DNA of 55,248 nt, the filler included, from Sphacelaria rigidula (lineage: Eukaryota): NCBI GenBank assembly GCA_964200075.2. It is 2 parts of 2 records of this genome, joined end to end, with 100 filler letters (N's around TTAATTAATTAA, not from the genome) between each part and the next. Parts side by side here need not be neighbours in the genome. Positions count along the whole stretch, not along the records: positions 27,684 to 55,248 come from CAXNAA020000116.1; 1 more part is not named here. One strand, 5' to 3'. A program made the translations under genes and the position numbers. The notes below the pieces were generated by a model. It worked only from the letters and a program-made list of their open reading frames with translations, was not told the DNA's origin and made no database searches. This document shows, piece after piece, positions 49,601-55,248 of the stretch (the stretch's first letter is position 1; every line of letters begins with the position of its first letter).

Positions 49601-52600
49601 TGGCCTCTCCAGACAACCGATTCGTCGCCATCGGGGCCGGCATGCCCGAGGTGAACCTTAATTCATATTTTGTTGCGTCGTAATATCATTGAGGATCCCA
49701 GAGTTTTGCTCGTATTTGCAATGGGTAAAATTGCTCGCTGCGGTAGACTATGTGCGGTATCGGCAGGTTCGAGTGAAGCACCCCATTTCGACTACGATGA
49801 AGAAGGCGAACTCCGTGAGGAATAATACCCTGTTGCATTTTTTCTTCCTGTAGTTCCATCTCTCTGTTCGTTACCGTCAACGTACCGCATAAGAAAGTAC
49901 CGCCGTTCGCATTGGCCTTAGTTTACTGGCGAAAAATTACCAAGGAGATGTTCCAACCCTTCAGCGACCACGGGCTATTAATAACCAAGAAGTCTGTTTC
50001 AGGAGTGGTCGTTAGCTGCTATACAACCACGTCATGGGAAATCGCTGGCGAGCAACAGATTTAGCCTGACGCTCATTATCCCTTCGACCGGTAGGTCATG
50101 TGCTCATGCACTCATTTTTCAAGTGAAATTGATGCTGATTCAACACATTACCCGCGCTCACGGTGAAACGTTCATGTAACATGTAACATGTGCAAGTCAC
50201 TACTATTACCGTCTCTGATCGAAGACGAAACACCCGCGCCATTGCTTGACCCGTCGTACAGTAAAATGTTTTGCCGCATCCCGGGTCCACGAAAGTGTTG
50301 TAGACCGCTGACGATGCTCTCCGCCATGACGAAGGTGGTACGGATATGTTTTCCCAACCCTGCGTACACGGGGTTGAACTGCATGGTGGTGGATGCACCC
50401 TAGGATGAGCCCCCTCTTTAGCATGCACTTCCACTCATTCTTCCCCATCGTTCGATGTCCCAACAGGTGAAGATACTCGAAGTGATGAGAAACAGGCAGG
50501 GAGACTTCACTTCAGTGTCAAGGGCAATGACACTCTCTGGGGGACACACCAAGGCAGTCCACGGGGTGGCCTTCAACCACTCCTCCACGAGAGTCGCCAC
50601 CGCTTCGGTGGACGGTGCCTGGTGCGTTGTCGTTGTCGTTACAACTTTTCCGTTGTACATGTCGGTACATGAAGATTTGAACGGCCGGTCGACGTTGTTT
50701 TGAAAAGTTGGCTTCCGTGATGCTGCTCGAATCAGACGTGAGCGTTTCACGGAATAGGGAGAATCCTCTCAAAAGTGCTGTAATGCTAGACGGGGAGTTT
50801 TTTATTCTGATATCTTCCAAGGAGTTGCACAGCGATGTACGTAATCACCCACTTCATTCAAGGTATTTATTGATGATGTGGTGATAGCAGGAGAGGCAGG
50901 AAAGTAAAGAGTCAAGGTGGGGGGGAAAAGGGTATCGAGATTGATGTTCGCGGATGATTCCGTGGGGATATCAGAAACACTAGAAGGATTGCAGAAGGAA
51001 AATAGAGGAGGCGCTAGGATACACTAGGAAATGGAGAGCGACGGCGAACGTAAACAAATGCGTGGAACTCGTATGTAAGGAAGATCAAGAAAAATCCGGT
51101 AGGGTTCAAGTGGAAGTGAAGAGAGGAGGAATTGCCGATCGTAGACCAATATACATACCTTGGCGTAGAGATCTCCAGAAACTGTTCTTGGGATGCACAC
51201 ATAAATGCAATAACAGGGAAGGGTGAGGCACAGATAGGCAAGATGGACGTGATCCTCAGAGACTCGCACCTTGATACTAGGATTAAGAGGTGTATCCTGA
51301 TGAATGTGATTGTCCCAAAGCTGGAATGTGCCGGAAAAGTATGGGCGGGGAACGCGACGTTGATAAAAAAGTTGGAAACAGTCCAGATGACAGCAGCTAA
51401 CAATTTACTTGAACACTCGAAAACGACGAGTAGTACAGCATCGAGAGCAGAATTGGGAAGGTACTCACTTGAAGCAGACGAGAAAATTGATATGACAATA
51501 TAGCGCAAATAACATGCAGAGAAAGAGATTGTCAGCCATAGTTGATGAGGTTGCATGGAAGAAAATGACGCAAGGGCAGGTTGGAGTAAGGTGGGATAGA
51601 GTAGTCGAGAAAGTATGGCAGGACATGAGACAAACCAAGACGAGATATTGCTCATATATGAATGCGGGGGATACAAGACAGAAGTCAGAGGCATGATAAA
51701 ATAAGGAAAGCAGAAGCACTAGGACGGAAAGTAGACGAGGAAGAGCACCTGAAGATATACGGCGGGTTGGAAGAGGGGATAGGAGTCACAACACATATGC
51801 ATGGCCCAATTGATTCCGCTACAAAATTAAAACTGCGATTTCGGGTGGGAAACCTGGACCTGCCAGAAAGAAGGGATATACCAGTAGTCGAGTGGAGGAG
51901 AAAGTAGGTGCACAGAATTACTCCTGTGGCGAAGCAATAGAATGTGAGCTATACAAGAAGAATGGGACGTGCTAGAGGGGAAAATGTGGGAAGTAAACGA
52001 AGGTCGGATGAAATCGTTTGATGCATCAGACAGCAGCAAGATCAGGATGGCTGCACTAGGAGATAGATGGTGACCACAGACGGCGAAACAGGACAGGGAT
52101 AATATATGTAAAATGCTTCTGTGTAATGTATGGAAGAGCGTGATGACACCGAAATGTCGGACGTGTCTCTATTAAGAGTAGGAACGGTGCTCCGCCTCGA
52201 AAGGGATGCGTGGTCAGTGATCAAACGACTAAGGCAGCAACAGATGAGGACGCCCCCTCCACCCCCCCATGAAATTTTGTAGCCACCTTATCGAATACTC
52301 GAAGCAGGTGATTTTTTTTGTCAAAGTCACCCAGAAATCATTTTTTTCAACTCCTAAGCATACATGCCGCAAATGATGTATGAAACATACCACAATCGTT
52401 TTTGTCTGTTTGAGCTAATTCCCGCCTCTGCGTTGATGTCAAGCATCTATTTTATAGCCTTTTGATTGATTGATTTGATTATCTCACATTAGCTGATAGC
52501 AACAATGGAGCCTGTGGTCAGGAGCAGCAGAAAGAAACAGCATAAGAGAGGAAAGCCTACCTCACCACGGGTGTAATGCAACGCCATAAATGTACTACTC

Positions 52601-54164
52601 TCCGTGCTGACAGTCGTAACTTCGTACCCCTCACTTCCTCCAAATGTCTACGTGCAGGACGATGTGGGACACCACAGTACGGTACAATCTAGACGAAGAC
52701 CCCCGTCAGCTGGAGCGACACGCGTCTTTGGATCAATTGAATTCCCGATACTCTGCCTGCGCGCTGGGGGGCAAGGGCGGGAAAGTGTTGGCGCTTTCCT
52801 CGGGTAGACACCTGTTCTTTTATATTACGGGTGAAGGGAGCGGGAAGCAGCTTGAAAGCGTGGGTGCGGCGCACGGATCATTGGGAGCTGCGATCTTGTC
52901 CATGGAGGTGGGCCTATTTGTTCGTGGGTGAAAATTACGCTGTGCAGATGAAAAATCCTGTCCCATGAGTAAAGTCGGTTGTGGAAAGCATATCATATCT
53001 CCTCTACGGAGGTGTCGTTGACGCTATAGTTAGGCTTCTAAAAGATGAAGTTGAGGCGTGTCTTGGCATATAATTTTTCGATCGAAATTGTGCGGCGAAA
53101 AAAAACCCTCCAATCTGATAGGTCGTGATTCCAACTATCGTGATTTATTTTGAAGATGATTGAAATCGCAACCTATCAGATCAGAATTTTTGTTTTCCGC
53201 TGCACTTCTTCGATCGAAAAATGATGTCCTAGGACACGCACGGCCTTATGGAGATGGTTGATAGGAAGAAACAAAATCAGAGTCATTTTTTTTTCAAGTG
53301 TTGAAACGTGATTGCCCATATTTTGGGAGTATTCTGGGATTGTTTTTCATTCGTGAGTAGAATTGTCCGCTTTTTCTAGAATTTCGACGCTCAATCGCCT
53401 ACCGCCCACCACAAGCACGATGAACTCTCCCGTGCACACCTTCGCACATCATGAACGAGGCGCCGAAATATCACTGGGCCGCCGTTACGCCATGGCGGTG
53501 GAGATAGCGCTGGCCATTCCGCCAGGCTACTCAAGAGTTCCAAAGGGCACTCTAGGCCCGATCACCGAGCGCTACAATGATCCCGGGTACCCTGCCCGGC
53601 AGAAGGCGGGAACGTTGTAAAGGGTGGTAAAATACGATAGTGGGGCCAGCACTAAGGCCTGGGACTACCTAGCGTCAGGTTTCAGTGACGGCTAGAACGA
53701 CTGAAATTTTCCACGTGTTTTTTCCTTCAATGGTCCTATGACTATGGCATGCATGATCATGGGTACACCCCCCCCCCTTCCCTGGAACAAGGGCGAGGAA
53801 TGGCCATTTTCGGGCCGACTGATTTTTCTTCTTTGTCGTTGGCCCACAAAGGGGCAGTGCGCGGACAAATAAAACCCATCAAATATCTCATCAACACTTT
53901 CGCCCGACGTATCGGACACGGATTCCAGACCTCGCTTCTGGGGCGGAGGGAGTATGAATTGGACTCTTCGCGCAAACCTTGTAGCTGAAAAATGAATAGC
54001 CCTGCAGTCCCACGGAGGAAATACACCTACACTCGCCTCTGTTCTTGTGTGTGTGCGCTTTTATAACGACAATGTCACAGGCTTCGACAGACGGCAAGTT
54101 TTTGGCCACCACGGCTGAGGGAGACTCGCGCGCCCGTCTCTGGTCTTTCCCACGCAGCGGCTGA
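40611..54164 (+). CDS. TBL2: Transducin beta-like 2 (TBL2)-like WD40 protein with an N-terminal transmembrane anchor; apparently complete
   Basis: Exons: 40611-40769, probable 43420-43494, 43584-43670, 44053-44192, 46099-46219, 47075-47203, 48845-48943, 49582-49650, 50467-50621, 52658-52907, 54081-54164 (TGA); all GT-AG with matching phases. Hydrophobic N-terminus (WWLFLGFFVGSLAIIWWVLFV), then a basic linker. Motifs LKGHTAQITGVAFSPDNRFVATASAD, DHATALAF, KGECLATLDTNQ, ASPDNRFVA, GHTKAVHGVAF, WDTTVRYNLDEDP appear in the same order as in TBL2. Confidence 0.9.
44483..44613. mobile_element. About 130-nt palindromic MITE (intronic)
   Basis: Outer arms GTTCTATGGTAGGGTGCGCACTTTTT / AAAAAGTGCACCCCTACCGTAGAAC; inner arms CTGAGGCTCTGCACTG / TAGTGTGCAGCCTCAG. 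Confidence 0.75.
45212..45720 (+). mobile_element. 5'-truncated LINE fragment (family A) with C-terminal zinc knuckle, interrupted by a nested roughly 105-nt insertion
   Basis: Translation CPCGTAIESRTHMVADCEL is CCHC-like. Colinear with 51880-52268. The insertion lies at about 45458-45564. Confidence 0.85.
47473..47939. mobile_element. About 470-nt foldback MITE, PIF/Harbinger-like, in a TBL2 intron
   Basis: Ends GGCCGCTT/AAGTGGCC flanked by identical TCA 3-mers. About 200-nt inverted arms, e.g. GGCGGATCTTGACACCTTAGAATGCCTT / AAGGCATTCCAAGGTGTCAAAATCCGCC and CCAACCTTGCATTT / AAATGCAAGGTTGG. Confidence 0.88.
48510..48695 (+). mobile_element. LINE 3' fragment (family A)
   Basis: TGTGTAATGTATGGAAGAAGCGTAATGAGCACCCAAATGTCGGACGTGTCTCTATTAAGAGTAGGAA followed by tail A. 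Confidence 0.85.
50770..52268 (+). mobile_element. Decayed, 5'-truncated non-LTR retrotransposon (LINE): C-terminal half of the RT ORF plus 3' tail
   Basis: Remnant RT motifs QGVAQRCT*SPTSFKVFIDD (about 50818), LMFADDSV (50941), KWRATANVNKC and ELPIVDQYTYLGV. Multiple stops and frameshifts. Ends in tail A and a poly-C run. Confidence 0.9.
53055..53245. mobile_element. About 190-nt palindromic MITE related to the 1450-2263 element
   Basis: Arms GCGTGTCTTGGCATATAATTTTTCGATCGAAATTGTGCGGCG...ATCTGATAGGTCGTGATTCCAA / TTGAAATCGCAACCTATCAGAT...CGCTGCACTTCTTCGATCGAAAAATGATGTCCTAGGACACGC. Shares the TTTTCGATCGAAA motif with 1450-2263. Flanks are TGA/TTA. Confidence 0.8.
53478..53708 (+). ncRNA. Candidate structured RNA of unknown family with a 3' H-type pseudoknot, in the last TBL2 intron
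   Basis: A run of nearly contiguous helices found by eye, with G-U wobbles only on the + strand (details in findings). No Rfam family recognised. Confidence 0.5.
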
Positions 54165-55248
54165 GCTTTATGAGGAGGTTGGGTTTCCAGGGACAAGTTG
54201 TTGACGCCGACAGCAGATCGTGCGTTGATTGCCCCTGCTATAGGCAGATATACGGCATCGATGAACAAACTATGCATGGTTTTGGCAATCGTGGTCGAAG
54301 CCTTGGTGTTGTGTCCGTTTGTGCGCCCCGCGAGACAAAAAGTACTCTGCAGTGCAGTGCTGACCGCTGCCGGAACTACGGCGAAAAATAGCAAGAGTGT
54401 CGTGCGTTGAATCTGTGTAAGAATATGTCGTGTATCGAAATAGGGAAGAAACAGGGGGCATGTGCACGCTGTTTTGATTTTGGCTACAGCAGTTCGTTCT
54501 TGACTGTCTTCGATATTAGGATTGGCTCAAGTTGAAGCCAGATCGGCGAAGAGCAGGTGTTGGGCAGGCTGGTGATGGCGAGTGCGCGATCCGTGCTATG
54601 TAGTGGAGTGAACCGCAGCAAAAAGGAACCGAACGCCGCCAAACACGGTATTCCAGCTCGGTGTGTACGTACGTCTGCTGTTGCCGTTGATTCGCGTGTG
54701 TCTTCTTCGCGTCAAGCTGTGGCATCTTTGTTTGCGATGGATTATGCATGGAGCTCGGTCCTCTTCGCTCGTTTTTGTCACACTACGTCAGTCCCGATTA
54801 CTCGAAACATGCTGTGGCATGGCCCCACGGCTTAGCAACATGAAACCGAAGGACTGTGGGGCTCTCGTTGCAGTAGAGAGTCCACTACAATGTTGGTTGG
54901 GTACCGGGAGATACACCCGTGATACGAGTAGGTCGTTGCATTGTTATCTGGTACTGAATATGTCGGTGCGTATCCAAAGCAGAGTTAGGGCATCGGTCGG
55001 CATCACCGGCGAACCGACTCATGATTGTGTTTCACTCCAACCTCACAAAATACACGAGAAGCAGTACGAATCACCTTGGTGCAACATTCCCGATTGAATC
55101 GCTACCGTGCGATAGCTCGGACACATCCTGCAACCCCGCCGCGCATGCCAGCGGTCCTTGGACCCGTTTGTCCGCGCATAACAGTGTTTTCGTGAGATTG
55201 AGAGTAGATGATACAATTGAGAGTGGCTTTGATCATTCGCTTCAAGTG

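Noticed and set aside
53583-53610. CCGGGTACCCTGCCCGGCAGAAGG resembling twister ribozyme P4/T1, or the AUGA of a SECIS element
   Set aside because: No P2 helix or correctly placed UAA..GC for twister. No apical AA or proper quartet for SECIS, and the site is intronic.

Overview
Intron-rich, roughly 50% GC eukaryotic DNA that looks like a brown alga or other stramenopile (inferred from gene architecture and repeat content). It is probably two separate contigs (1-27583 and 27684-55248) joined by an artificial 100-nt linker (44 N + TTAATTAATTAA + 44 N). The left half holds one RING-HC exon (-) and a large spliced + gene encoding a TONSOKU/TONSL-like TPR-LRR protein, preceded in frame by a J-domain-like exon. 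The right half holds the N-terminal part of a USP9X/USP24/USP34-like deubiquitinase (-), head-to-head with a complete TBL2-like membrane-anchored WD40 gene (+). Introns and intergenic DNA are full of non-autonomous mobile DNA: hAT-like and PIF/Harbinger-like MITEs, long foldbacks, tRNA-derived SINEs and a decayed LINE with many 3'-tail fragments. The most unusual signal is a roughly 230-300 nt, densely structured, sense-strand RNA-like element in the last TBL2 intron (about 53478-53708). It ends in an H-type pseudoknot and is followed about 20 nt later by a retroposon 3' tail. All homology calls are by-eye motif recognition; no searches or folding programs were run.
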